NCBI GenBank assembly: GCA_015069385.1
Contig: SVIS01000001.1
Coordinates: 17,127-81,126, forward strand
Length of the DNA: 64,000 nt
Direction of reading: 5' to 3'
From: Clostridiales bacterium
GTDB lineage: Bacteria > Bacillota > Clostridia > Christensenellales > UBA1242
In this document: piece after piece, positions 1 to 9,600 of the stretch
How the letters are laid out: each line of letters opens with the position of its first letter
Numbering within the stretch: position 1 is the first letter of the stretch
Position numbers and translations under genes: made by a program
The notes under the pieces: generated by a model
The model's database searches: none
What the model was told of the DNA's origin: nothing
What the model saw: only the letters and a program-made list of their open reading frames with translations

Positions 1-1
1 T

Positions 2-748
2 CTTGCATTAATGGATGCTGGTGTTCCAATTAAGGCTCCTGTTGCAGGTATTGCTATGGGTTTAATTAAAGATGAAACTACTGGCAAAGTTGCAGTTATG
101 AGTGATATACAAGGCTTAGAAGACTTTCTTGGTGATATGGACTTTAAAGTTACAGGTACATCAAAAGGTATTACAGCCATTCAAATGGATATCAAAATAA
201 AAGGCATTGATAAAGCAATTTTAACAACAGCTTTAAATCAAGCTCGTGATGGAAGAATGTTCATTATGCAAAAAATGCTAGAATGTATTCCAGAACCTAA
301 TAAAGAACTTTCTAAATATGCTCCAAAAATTATTTCATTTAATATTAATCCAGAAAAAATTGGTGATGTTGTTGGAAAAAGTGGTAAGACAATTAATAAA
401 ATCATTGAGGAAACTGGTGTTAAAATAGATATTGATGATGATGGCAGAGTGTTTATTGCAACTCAAAATGCAGACATGGCTCAAAGAGCAAAAGAAATAA
501 TTTTAAATATTGTAACCGATATTGAAGTTGGTAAACAATACAAAGGTAGAGTTGTTAGAATAATGTCTTTTGGTGCTTTTGTTGATTTAGGCGCTGGCAA
601 AGAAGGAATGATTCATATATCAAAACTTTGTGACAAAAGAGTTGAAAAAGTTGAAGATATATTAAACCTTGGCGATGATGTTTTAATTGAATGTATTAAA
701 GTCGATGATAAGGGTAGATATGATTTTAAACTTATTTCTAAATGCTAA
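2..748 (+). CDS. pnp: Polynucleotide phosphorylase, C-terminal part (KH and S1 domains); the 5' end lies outside the window
   Basis: The frame is open from the window edge. The sequence [20 protein letters not shown]...[15 protein letters not shown] is followed by a KH-like [10 protein letters not shown] motif and an S1 motif [15 protein letters not shown]. An intrinsic terminator follows. Confidence 0.9.
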   Translation, partial: LALMDAGVPIKAPVAGIAMGLIKDETTGKVAVMSDIQGLEDFLGDMDFKVTGTSKGITAIQMDIKIKGIDKAILTTALNQARDGRMFIMQKMLECIPEPNKELSKYAPKIISFNINPEKIGDVVGKSGKTINKIIEETGVKIDIDDDGRVFIATQNADMAQRAKEIILNIVTDIEVGKQYKGRVVRIMSFGAFVDLGAGKEGMIHISKLCDKRVEKVEDILNLGDDVLIECIKVDDKGRYDFKLISKC

Positions 749-760
749 TTATATAAAATA

Positions 761-788
761 AAAATCACCTATTTAGGTGATTTTTATT
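761..788 (+). terminator. Intrinsic terminator after pnp
   Basis: Hairpin AAATCACCT-ATTT-AGGTGATTT followed by a T-run. Confidence 0.75.
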
Positions 789-809
789 TATTAAGCAAGA
801 CAATATAAG

Positions 810-868
810 CGAAGAGAGTGTTTTCTTTAGGCACGCAAGAACAACAGGAACGAAGAGAGTGTTTTCTT
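810..868. repeat. Perfect 18-bp direct repeat CGAAGAGAGTGTTTTCTT, two copies with a 41-bp period
   Basis: The copies lie at 810-827 and 851-868, in the pnp / isomerase intergenic region. The second copy abuts the stop codon of the minus-strand gene. Confidence 0.8.
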
Positions 869-1646
869 ATTTAGATTTGTCATTAAAAGATTGAATAGTT
901 TTATCTAACTTTTTTAAAGCATTTAAATTTTCTTGTAAAATCTTTTTAAAGTCAACATTGTTATATTTAATTTCAGAAGATAAAACCAAATTTGGAAATC
1001 TAACTAAAGATTTTGCAAATTCGTTCCAATTAACACTGCCAGTATATGGTATTTTATGCAAATCAGCTTTACCATCATTATCATGTAAGTGTAATACAGT
1101 TACGAACTCACCATATTTATTCATAATATCAAGTGCCGGTGTTAAAAAATTTTTATGACCAATATCAAAACAAATTTTTAAATTAGGGTGATTAATATTT
1201 GTAAAAATGTAATCAATTTCATCTGCCGAATATAAATTTTCAATACATAAATTTATGTTGTTTTCCTCACAAACTTTTAATAAATTTTTGATTCTTCGTA
1301 AACCTACAATTGTTTGTTTGCTATTAAAACCACCATTTAAGTGCACAACAAAATTTTTAGATAAACCATTGCATAATTTTATTTGATTTATATAATTGTA
1401 TTCAACTTTATCACCGGCTTCGCAGTCAAACCAAAAATTATTTAAGTCAGGTTCATAATAAGAACAATGTATCATTGTACAATCAAGACCTAAACTTTTT
1501 GCCAGTTGTATTTGTTCATTAAATTTTATTGTTTCTTTTGCGTCATATATTCCAGTAAAAAATTCATCGTAGCCTAAATTTTTAATTTCAAGCAATTTTT
1601 CTTTAGTGTCAGCAGTGTTAAAATATAAATTAACAGATTTTTTCAT
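867..1646 (-). CDS. Sugar phosphate isomerase/epimerase (xylose isomerase-like TIM barrel / AP endonuclease 2 fold)
   Basis: 259 aa. Contains CIENLY, FDIGH and HLHDNDGKADLHKIPYTGSVNW metal-site motifs typical of this fold. Confidence 0.6.
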   Translation of the reverse strand: MKKSVNLYFNTADTKEKLLEIKNLGYDEFFTGIYDAKETIKFNEQIQLAKSLGLDCTMIHCSYYEPDLNNFWFDCEAGDKVEYNYINQIKLCNGLSKNFVVHLNGGFNSKQTIVGLRRIKNLLKVCEENNINLCIENLYSADEIDYIFTNINHPNLKICFDIGHKNFLTPALDIMNKYGEFVTVLHLHDNDGKADLHKIPYTGSVNWNEFAKSLVRFPNLVLSSEIKYNNVDFKKILQENLNALKKLDKTIQSFNDKSK

Positions 1647-1713
1647 ATTTTGCTCCTTATAAATTATTGTACATTAAAGTAATTTTTTTGTAAAACATTT
1701 CATAATTTACTTT

Positions 1714-2427
1714 ATGAATAAAATAACTTATAAGTTTTTTCAAAAGTATATTGCAAACTTTATTATTATTCTTGCAATAATCTCTATAAGCATTTTAACT
1801 TATCAAGGTGGAGTTATTGGTGCATTTAGCAGCAATAACACTCAACCAATTTTTTGTGGAAAAGAACATAATAACACAATATCGTTGATGTTTAATGTTT
1901 ATATGGGAAATGAATATGTTGAACAAATTATAAATGTTTTAGAAAAAAATAATGTAAAAGCAACATTTTTTGTTGGTGGTATATGGGTTGAAAAAAATAA
2001 TGATTGTTTTATGAAAATATATAACAGCGGCAATGAAATTGCATCACACGGCTATTGGCATAAAGACCATAGTAAAATTACTGACCAGCAACAAATTAAC
2101 GAAATTAATTTAACTCATGAACTAGTTCGTGATTTAACAGGAATAAATATGACATTATTTGCACCACCTAGTGGAGCATATAACAAAATGACAGCACAAA
2201 TAGCCGAAAGTTTAGGTTATAAAACTATTATGTGGAGTAAAGATACAATTGATTGGCGTGACCAAGATGAAGAGTTACTTTATACAAGAGCAACAAATGC
2301 TGCACAGGCAGGTGATTTAATTTTAATGCATCCAACACAAGCCACTGCAAATTGTTTAGACAAAATTATCAAAAAATATATAGAACTAGGTTTAAATATT
2401 GATACAGTTAGCAAAAATATTAGTTAA
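1714..2427 (+). CDS. Polysaccharide deacetylase (NodB homology domain, PdaB-like)
   Basis: 237 aa with an N-terminal TM helix. Contains TFFVGGIW, ASHGYWHKDH, FAPPSGAY and LMHP motifs. Confidence 0.8.
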   Translation: MNKITYKFFQKYIANFIIILAIISISILTYQGGVIGAFSSNNTQPIFCGKEHNNTISLMFNVYMGNEYVEQIINVLEKNNVKATFFVGGIWVEKNNDCFMKIYNSGNEIASHGYWHKDHSKITDQQQINEINLTHELVRDLTGINMTLFAPPSGAYNKMTAQIAESLGYKTIMWSKDTIDWRDQDEELLYTRATNAAQAGDLILMHPTQATANCLDKIIKKYIELGLNIDTVSKNIS

Positions 2428-2515
2428 TTTCTGTCATTATTTTTAAGATTAATTTTACTTTATTGTTGCAGTGAAAAATAAATAATGATATACTAAACTG
2501 ACAAAGGAATTTTAT

Positions 2516-5314
2516 ATGGCAATATATAATTTTGAAGAACAGAAACCAAAGAAAAAAAAGACCGACTATCAAAAAATTGTAGGCTGTATTTTAGTTGCTG
2601 TTTCAATAATTTGTCTCTTTTGCTTAATAACTCGGTTTGTTCCTTTCATGAAAAGTTTTTTATTAGGAACTGCTGGGCTTTTTTGCTATCCTCTTTTTAT
2701 AACATTAATGGCAGTTGGCTTTGCCCTTGTTGGTCATAAAAAGTATGTAATGCCAAAAAAATATGGTGTTCTTCTTTGTTTGTCAGTAATATTTGTTTTA
2801 AGTATTTTACAATTAATTTTAGTTAAAAATGATGGTCTTAATTTTTGGCAATATATAACCACATGTTACACACAAAAAACAACTGCAGGTGGTATTATTT
2901 TAGGCATTGTTACGGCACCTGTTTTATATTTATTAAATCGATTGGGTGCATATATAATATTTATTGCACTTTCATTAATTTTTGTTGCTTTAACAATAGA
3001 TTATATACACTACTTAAGTAAAAATGAAAATTTAAAAAAAGCAATAAAAGTTTTAAATTCTCCAGAACAAGTTTCTAGTATTCCTGCAAAAATTACTGTT
3101 AAAGAGTTAGAAAACAATTTAAAATCTTCTGTTTTAAATAATACACAAACAGAAAATAAAGAGCAGGTAAAAATAACACTTAATGCTAAACAAGAACAAG
3201 AAACGACTGAAGAAGCTGCTAAACGTAAGTTAGGTTTACTTGCATCTTCTAAACAAGATCTAGAAGATAATAGCCGCTATTTCAATACAGAGATTGAAAA
3301 CGAAGTAAAAATCAAACCAGAAAATACTAGGGAATATTTGCTTTCTGGTAAAAATGATAAAATTGAACTTAGTAAATATAGTTCTAATCAGTTAAATAAA
3401 ATACAAGCAAATTTTATGAATCTAAAGAACAAGAGTTTTGATGATGAAACTATAACCCCAACCATCAATTTAAATGACATGCCAAGCAAAGTTATTCATG
3501 AAGATATTTCAACAATTATTCCGTCCACTTCAATAACTAATGTTAAAAGCACAATTGGAAATACTGATAATGTTGAATCAAATATTAAACCTAAAGTGAA
3601 TATTATAGAAGATAATTTAACTATTAATGAGCCAATAAAGATTCAACCAATTCCATCACAAATTATTGAAGAAAAACAACATGAAAACACTTTAGATGTA
3701 GAAAACTTTACTAATAATATTTTGGCATCATTAAATAAAGAAACAAAACAAGAAACTACAAATACTTCTAGTTATATTTCGTCAACAAATATGTTTAAAG
3801 AGGAACCATCACAAGTTTCCATGCCAATTGTTCCAAAAGAGCCAATTGTTTATGTTAAACCACCAATAGAACTTCTAACTACACAAAGTATGGATTTATC
3901 TCTTATGAATCAAGATGTTGTAATGAAGAGAGAAGAGTTAGAAATTGCCCTAGATACATTTGGCATTCCTGCAAAAGTAATTGGTGTAGTAATAGGTCCT
4001 GCTGTTACAAGATATGAACTTGAAATGCCAGCCGGTGTTAGTATTAAACGCTTACTTGCTCTTCAAGAAGATATTGCATATAATTTATCATCTAATGGTG
4101 ATATTCGTATAGAAGCGCCAATTCCTGGAAGAAGAGCCGTTGGTATAGAAGTTCCTAATGAAAAAATTGCAACAGTTGGCTTAAGAGATATAATTTTATC
4201 ACGTGAATTCATGGAGGCTAAGGCAAATTTGTCTATTGCTCTTGGTAAGGATATCTCGGGTGCGGTTAAAACTTTTAGTTTAATTAAAGTACCACATCTT
4301 TTAATTGCTGGTACAACAGGCTCTGGTAAATCTGTTTGTATAAATGCAATTATTTTAAGTTTAATTTATAGATATTCTCCAGATGAAGTTAAGTTTATTT
4401 TAGTTGACCCAAAACGTGTGGAATTTTCTATGTATAACAATCTTCCTCATTTATTAACACCAAATGTTATAACCGATAGCGAAAAAGCACTAAATGCACT
4501 TTCTTGGTGTGTTGATGAAATGGAAAGAAGATTTATTGTATTTGCAAACGCACGTGTAAAAAATTTAGAAGAATATAATCATAGCGAAGAGGTTTTAGAG
4601 GGTAGAGCAGAAAAAATGCCTTATATAATTTTCATCATTGATGAACTTGCAGACCTTTTAATGACTGCAAAAAAAGAGGCAGAAGAACATATTTGTAGAA
4701 TATTACAAAAAGCAAGGGCTGCCGGCATTCATATGATTCTTGCAACTCAAAGACCTTCAGTAGATATTGTAACTGGAAAAATTAAAGCAAACTTAAGTGC
4801 CAGAATTTGTTTTGCTTTAATGACTTTTGCCGATTCAAAAACTGTTTTAGATCAAGGTGGGGCAGATAAACTTCTTGGCAAAGGTGATATGTTGTTTATG
4901 TCTAGTGATACAGGTGTTCCTAAACGTATTCAAGGTTGTTTTGTAACAACAAAAGAAATTGATGACATTGTTACTTATGTAAAAGAAAATAATGGTGATT
5001 ACGAGTTTGATATGAAAACAGAACAATCTATTTTAAATCCACCTAAAAAAGATGTTGTAACACAAATAGATGGAGATAGAGCATCTAACGATGGCTTCGA
5101 TGCTTTAATGCCACAAGTATTAAAGTCTGTAATAGAAAGCGGACATGCATCTATATCTATGATACAAAGAAAATTTTTAGTTGGTTTTCCAAGGGCTGCT
5201 AGAATTATTGACCAAATGGAAGAAGCAGGTTATATTTCACCATCAGATGGCAGTAAATCTCGATCGGTTTATATGACTATGGAAGAATATGACAAATTAT
5301 ATGGAGAAGGATAA
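2516..5314 (+). CDS. ftsK: DNA translocase FtsK/SpoIIIE
   Basis: 932 aa. N-terminal TM helices and a long low-complexity linker are followed by the motor domain with Walker A GTTGSGKS and Walker B IIDELADL, then a gamma domain (SISMIQRKF..GFPRAARIIDQME). Confidence 0.92.
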   Translation: MAIYNFEEQKPKKKKTDYQKIVGCILVAVSIICLFCLITRFVPFMKSFLLGTAGLFCYPLFITLMAVGFALVGHKKYVMPKKYGVLLCLSVIFVLSILQLILVKNDGLNFWQYITTCYTQKTTAGGIILGIVTAPVLYLLNRLGAYIIFIALSLIFVALTIDYIHYLSKNENLKKAIKVLNSPEQVSSIPAKITVKELENNLKSSVLNNTQTENKEQVKITLNAKQEQETTEEAAKRKLGLLASSKQDLEDNSRYFNTEIENEVKIKPENTREYLLSGKNDKIELSKYSSNQLNKIQANFMNLKNKSFDDETITPTINLNDMPSKVIHEDISTIIPSTSITNVKSTIGNTDNVESNIKPKVNIIEDNLTINEPIKIQPIPSQIIEEKQHENTLDVENFTNNILASLNKETKQETTNTSSYISSTNMFKEEPSQVSMPIVPKEPIVYVKPPIELLTTQSMDLSLMNQDVVMKREELEIALDTFGIPAKVIGVVIGPAVTRYELEMPAGVSIKRLLALQEDIAYNLSSNGDIRIEAPIPGRRAVGIEVPNEKIATVGLRDIILSREFMEAKANLSIALGKDISGAVKTFSLIKVPHLLIAGTTGSGKSVCINAIILSLIYRYSPDEVKFILVDPKRVEFSMYNNLPHLLTPNVITDSEKALNALSWCVDEMERRFIVFANARVKNLEEYNHSEEVLEGRAEKMPYIIFIIDELADLLMTAKKEAEEHICRILQKARAAGIHMILATQRPSVDIVTGKIKANLSARICFALMTFADSKTVLDQGGADKLLGKGDMLFMSSDTGVPKRIQGCFVTTKEIDDIVTYVKENNGDYEFDMKTEQSILNPPKKDVVTQIDGDRASNDGFDALMPQVLKSVIESGHASISMIQRKFLVGFPRAARIIDQMEEAGYISPSDGSKSRSVYMTMEEYDKLYGEG

Positions 5315-5323
5315 AGTTTAAAT

Positions 5324-6640
5324 ATGACATTTGATGAACTAAAGACAAAAAAGGTTGGTGCTATTAGTTTAGGTTGTGATAAAAACAGAGTTGATCTTGA
5401 AAAAATGCTTTTTAATTTAAAAAACTTTGGTTTTAAAATATGTGCAGAAGTTGAAGACTGCGATATTATTATTGTGAATACTTGTGCATTTATTGCACCA
5501 GCTACAACCGAAGCTATTTCAACAATTTTAGAAATGGAAGAACTTAAACAAATAAAATGTGAAAAATTAATTGTTACTGGTTGTTTAAACAATCGTTATG
5601 GAATAGAAGTTCAACATTTTTTCAAAAATGTAGATGCTTTTGTTGATATTAAAGATAATAAAAATATTGTAAATATCATATTACGTCTTTATAATTTACA
5701 AGGAAATGTTGATTACAAAAACGGTAGATTTTTAACAAATTTACCTCATTATGCTTATTTAAAAATTGCTGATGGATGTGATAATGGTTGTGCTTATTGT
5801 ACTATACCTAGAATTCGTGGAAGATATAAATCTGAGCCGTTTGATGAATTATTAAAAGAAGCAAAACAATTAGCAGAACAAGGTGTCAAAGAATTAATTC
5901 TTGTTGCGCAAGATATAACTAGATATGGTACAGATTTATATAATTCTAATAAATTAGTAGACTTAATAAAAGAGTTAAGTAAAATTAAAAAACTAAAATG
6001 GATACGTTTACATTATTGCTATCCAGAAACAATTACGGAAGAATTATTGCAAGAAATTAAAAACAATCCAAAAGTTTGTAAATATTTAGATATTCCACTT
6101 CAGCATATTGACAATAAAATATTAAAAGATATGAATAGACGTTCGTCAGAAGAAGATATACGAAATTTAATACAAAATATTAAAACAAATTATCCTGAAA
6201 TTGCAATAAGGTCTACATTTATTGTTGGATTCCCGGGTGAAACAGGAAAACAATTTAAAAAGTTGTTAGAATTTTTAGAAAGTGCTAAACTAAATAATGT
6301 TGGTTTTTTTACATATTCAAAAGAAGAAAAAACAAAAGCATATTTTATGAAAAAACAAGTTCCTAACTTCATCAAAAATATACGCTTGAAAAAAGCTCAA
6401 AAAATTCAAGAAAAGGTTATGCATGCGTTAAATATTAATCAAATTGGTAATACAGTTGATGTATTAATTGATTTTTATGATGAGCAAGAACATGTCTTTG
6501 TTGGACGAACAGCACAAAATTCACCTGAAGTTGATTTTTTAGTAATATTTGATGAGAAACAACAAGTTCAAATAGGAGAAATACAAAAAGCCAAACTAAT
6601 TGGCTATTATGAAGGTTTATTTAAAGGAGAAATAATATAA
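5324..6640 (+). CDS. rimO: Ribosomal protein S12 methylthiotransferase RimO (radical SAM MTTase with TRAM domain)
   Basis: 438 aa. Contains LGCDKNRVDLE, the radical-SAM cluster motif CDNGCAYCTIP and a C-terminal TRAM-like beta domain. The ftsK-rimO-pgsA-cinA-recA gene order is conserved. Confidence 0.8.
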   Translation: MTFDELKTKKVGAISLGCDKNRVDLEKMLFNLKNFGFKICAEVEDCDIIIVNTCAFIAPATTEAISTILEMEELKQIKCEKLIVTGCLNNRYGIEVQHFFKNVDAFVDIKDNKNIVNIILRLYNLQGNVDYKNGRFLTNLPHYAYLKIADGCDNGCAYCTIPRIRGRYKSEPFDELLKEAKQLAEQGVKELILVAQDITRYGTDLYNSNKLVDLIKELSKIKKLKWIRLHYCYPETITEELLQEIKNNPKVCKYLDIPLQHIDNKILKDMNRRSSEEDIRNLIQNIKTNYPEIAIRSTFIVGFPGETGKQFKKLLEFLESAKLNNVGFFTYSKEEKTKAYFMKKQVPNFIKNIRLKKAQKIQEKVMHALNINQIGNTVDVLIDFYDEQEHVFVGRTAQNSPEVDFLVIFDEKQQVQIGEIQKAKLIGYYEGLFKGEII

Positions 6641-7218
6641 TGAATTTACCAAACAAATTATCTTTACTTAGAATATTTTTAATACCTGTTATGCTATTTT
6701 TTTATTTAGCAGATTTTGTTCCATATGGAAAAGTAATTGCTTTAGCTGTATTTATAATCGCTGCTTTTACTGATTTTTTAGATGGAAAAATCGCAAGAAA
6801 ACATAATCTTGTCACAAATCTTGGAAAATTATTAGATCCAATAGCAGACAAACTTTTAGTTATGTCAGGTCTTTTACTTGTTGTAATTGATTACACGATT
6901 CCACATCCTTATGGTGTTCTTATTGCAATTATTATTATTGGAAGAGAATTGCTAATATCAGCATTTAGACAAATCGCTGCTTCACATAATATTGTTATGG
7001 CCGCTGACATGTTTGGTAAAATTAAAACTTTCACACAAGATATTGCAATTCCTGTTCTTTTCCTAGTTTCATTTTTTACCTATAATGTAACAATTAATTC
7101 AACTGTTTTACTTGTTTTACAAATAATTGGATATGTTTCTATTGGTCTTGCAACATTATTTACTATTTTGTCAGGTGCAAACTATATTATTAAAAATAAA
7201 CAAGTATTAAAAGGCTAA
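6640..7218 (+). CDS. pgsA: CDP-diacylglycerol--glycerol-3-phosphate 3-phosphatidyltransferase
   Basis: 192 aa. Carries the CDP-alcohol phosphatidyltransferase motif DFLDGKIARKHNLVTNLGKLLDPIADK and is multi-TM. Confidence 0.92.
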   Translation: MNLPNKLSLLRIFLIPVMLFFYLADFVPYGKVIALAVFIIAAFTDFLDGKIARKHNLVTNLGKLLDPIADKLLVMSGLLLVVIDYTIPHPYGVLIAIIIIGRELLISAFRQIAASHNIVMAADMFGKIKTFTQDIAIPVLFLVSFFTYNVTINSTVLLVLQIIGYVSIGLATLFTILSGANYIIKNKQVLKG

Positions 7219-7219
7219 A

Positions 7220-8398
7220 ATGGTTCATATATATACTTTTTGTGATAAAACTCTTCTTGGCAAAAAGTTTAATTTATCGGCTAAATTTTTGAGTGAAAAC
7301 ATGTATAAATTAAACTTTAAAATAGAAGAAGTATGTGTTTTTTGTAATAACTATGATTATGAGAATTTAACATTTAAAAATAATGACATTTATTTTTTGT
7401 TATTACAAAAATCTAATAGCAAATTAAATTCAGTTCTTGCAAATTTAAGTGGTTGTGAACTTACAACAAACGAATCTTTAAAAAACACAACTACAAATTA
7501 TTATAAACAATTGAATTTACCTATGGATAAAACAAGTGAACTTGAATGTATAATTCCATCTAAGGCTGTGGCAATTACAAATCCAAATGGTAAAACACAA
7601 GGTTTTTATGTAAAAGTTGCTGAAAGTTACATATTTGTTTTACCAAATAATTTTAATGAATTTAAAAGTATTTATAACGATTGTTTGCTTGAATATATTG
7701 AAAATAATTTTGCTATAGAATATAAAAGTGAAACATATAAAACTTTTGGACTTAGTGAAGATTATATTTTCGAAGTGCTAAAAGAACAAATAAAAAATAA
7801 AGATAAAGTGCATATATCTATATTTTCAAGAGGGTTAGATAATGACATTGTAATAAAGGCAAAACAAGGTAATGAACTTTTTCAAACATATAGACAGGTT
7901 GTTTTTAATAAACTAGAAAAATACATTTATTCTGTACAAGATTTATCGTTAAATAACTATTTAGAAAATTTAATAAAAACAAGTAATGTAAAACTTTCTC
8001 TTATAGGTGATTTGTCGGTTAACAATATATTAAATAATGTGAATGTTAATATTAATAATATTTCAAGCATCATATGTTTACCAAATGTAAAATCAAAGTT
8101 AAAATTTGGCATTTCTAATGATTTAATACAGACCTACGGAGAGGCAAGTGCGGAAGTTGCATATGCTCTAGCAGTAAAATCATTAGAAAATAATGATTGT
8201 GATTTAGCATTAGCTGTTATTATGCATATTTCAAATAACGTAGCAACTTCATATATTGCATTAGGTAACAAATTAAAAATTGATATTTATAAAAACACCT
8301 TTCAAGGCGATAATAATTCAATTTTTGATAATGTGGCAAATGCGGCAAAATTTTACTTAATAAAAAAATTGAATGCAAGAGATTATAAAACTCTTTAA
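7220..8398 (+). CDS. cinA: Divergent CinA-like competence/damage-inducible protein
   Basis: 392 aa in the conserved position between pgsA and recA. The N-terminus aligns loosely to the CinA MoCF-type domain, and the C-terminal YGEASAEVAYALA resembles the PncC-type region. The sequence is highly diverged. Confidence 0.55.
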   Translation: MVHIYTFCDKTLLGKKFNLSAKFLSENMYKLNFKIEEVCVFCNNYDYENLTFKNNDIYFLLLQKSNSKLNSVLANLSGCELTTNESLKNTTTNYYKQLNLPMDKTSELECIIPSKAVAITNPNGKTQGFYVKVAESYIFVLPNNFNEFKSIYNDCLLEYIENNFAIEYKSETYKTFGLSEDYIFEVLKEQIKNKDKVHISIFSRGLDNDIVIKAKQGNELFQTYRQVVFNKLEKYIYSVQDLSLNNYLENLIKTSNVKLSLIGDLSVNNILNNVNVNINNISSIICLPNVKSKLKFGISNDLIQTYGEASAEVAYALAVKSLENNDCDLALAVIMHISNNVATSYIALGNKLKIDIYKNTFQGDNNSIFDNVANAAKFYLIKKLNARDYKTL

Positions 8399-8406
8399 AG
8401 AAAATA

Positions 8407-8445
8407 GTACAAATGTTTGCTATTTGAAAAATGGTATGATATAAT
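8407..8445 (+). promoter_or_regulatory. recA promoter with overlapping LexA (Cheo-type) box
   Basis: The box GTACAAATGTTT lies at 8407-8418. The -35 is TTGCTA (8417-8422), followed by 17 nt and the -10 TATAAT (8440-8445). The same ACAAATGTTTG core occurs at the lexA promoter. Confidence 0.6.
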
Positions 8446-8467
8446 AGAAGAGTTATTAGGAGATTAT

Positions 8468-9478
8468 ATGGACGATAAGAAAAAAATTTTAGAACAAGCA
8501 ATTTTAAACATTGAAAAACAGTTTGGTAAAGGCGCTATTATGAAATTAGGTGATGCACCTGATCAAAAAATTGAAGTTATACCAACTGGATGTTTACCAT
8601 TAGATTTAGCACTTGGTTGTGGCGGTATGCCAAGAGGTAGAATAATTGAAATATATGGACCAGAATCATCTGGTAAAACAACACTCGCACTACATGTAGT
8701 TGCAGAGGCGCAAAAAATGGGTGGAACTGCTGCCTTTATTGATGCAGAACATGCACTTGACCCAGTTTATGCTGGCAAACTAGGTGTTGATATTGGTGAA
8801 CTTTATGTTTCTCAGCCAGATAATGGTGAACAAGCACTTGATATTTGTGATTCATTAGTTAGAACAGGTGCTGTAGATGTTGTTGTAGTAGACTCTGTTG
8901 CTGCTTTAACTCCTAAGGCAGAAATTGATGGCGATATGGGTGACCAACATATGGGTCTTCAGGCAAGACTTATGAGTCAAGCCATGCGAAAAATTGCTGG
9001 TATAGCAAATAAAAGTAAAACTTGTATTATATTTATAAATCAACTTCGTGAAAAAATTGGTGTTATGTTTGGTAATCCTGAAACCACTGCTGGAGGTAAA
9101 GCACTTAAATTTTATGCTAGTATACGTATTGATATTAGAAGAGTTGATTCTATAAAAGATGGTGCAAATATTATTGGTAACAAAACAAAAGCAAAAATTG
9201 TAAAAAATAAACTTGCACCTCCATTTAAAACTGTTGAATTTGATATCATGTATGGTGAGGGTATTTCAAAAGTAGGCTCAACTCTTGACATGGCTATAGA
9301 GTTAAACATTGTTCAAAAAACTGGCTCTTGGTTCTCATATAATGATGAAAAAATTGCTCAAGGTAAGGAAAACTGCAAACAATACTTAAAAGACCATCCA
9401 GAAGTTTACGAAGAAATTGAAAGTAAAGTTCGCGAACAAATTACTGGTGGTAATTTAAATGCATTAATTGAAGAATAA
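8468..9478 (+). CDS. recA: Recombinase RecA
   Basis: [29 protein letters not shown], Walker [10 protein letters not shown] and the rest of the protein are canonical RecA. An AGGAG RBS lies 7 nt upstream of ATG 8468; the ORF-track start at 8417 is an upstream extension. Confidence 0.97.
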   Translation: MDDKKKILEQAILNIEKQFGKGAIMKLGDAPDQKIEVIPTGCLPLDLALGCGGMPRGRIIEIYGPESSGKTTLALHVVAEAQKMGGTAAFIDAEHALDPVYAGKLGVDIGELYVSQPDNGEQALDICDSLVRTGAVDVVVVDSVAALTPKAEIDGDMGDQHMGLQARLMSQAMRKIAGIANKSKTCIIFINQLREKIGVMFGNPETTAGGKALKFYASIRIDIRRVDSIKDGANIIGNKTKAKIVKNKLAPPFKTVEFDIMYGEGISKVGSTLDMAIELNIVQKTGSWFSYNDEKIAQGKENCKQYLKDHPEVYEEIESKVREQITGGNLNALIEE

Positions 9479-9483
9479 AATTT

Positions 9484-9515
9484 GAAGGAAGATATTTAAT
9501 TTTATCTTCCTTTTA
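9484..9515 (+). terminator. Intrinsic terminator after recA
   Basis: Hairpin AAGGAAGAT / ATCTTCCTT followed by TTTT. Confidence 0.75.
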
Positions 9516-9600
9516 ATTGGGTATTGTTTTTTACAAGATTTTGTGATATATTACTCTTGTAAACATATTTTGTTGATTTTCTAGTTAAAGGGGTAATACA

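Noticed and set aside
810-868. A CRISPR array.
   Set aside because: There are only two copies of an 18-bp repeat, the repeat is not palindromic, and no cas genes are nearby.
8417-8467. N-terminal extensions suggested by the ORF track for recA, pheS (28669), pheT (27585), argR (61044), spoVAC (39381), spoVAE (40915) and scpA (54896).
   Set aside because: Conserved protein N-termini and well-placed Shine-Dalgarno sequences support the internal starts. The extensions run through leaders, T-box terminators or upstream genes.
9557-9572. A LexA box upstream of the TGA-interrupted ORF (AAACATATTTTGTT).
   Set aside because: The right half-site is out of register relative to the GAAC-N4-GTTC spacing, and the sequence lacks the ACAAATGTTTG core shared by the recA and lexA operators.
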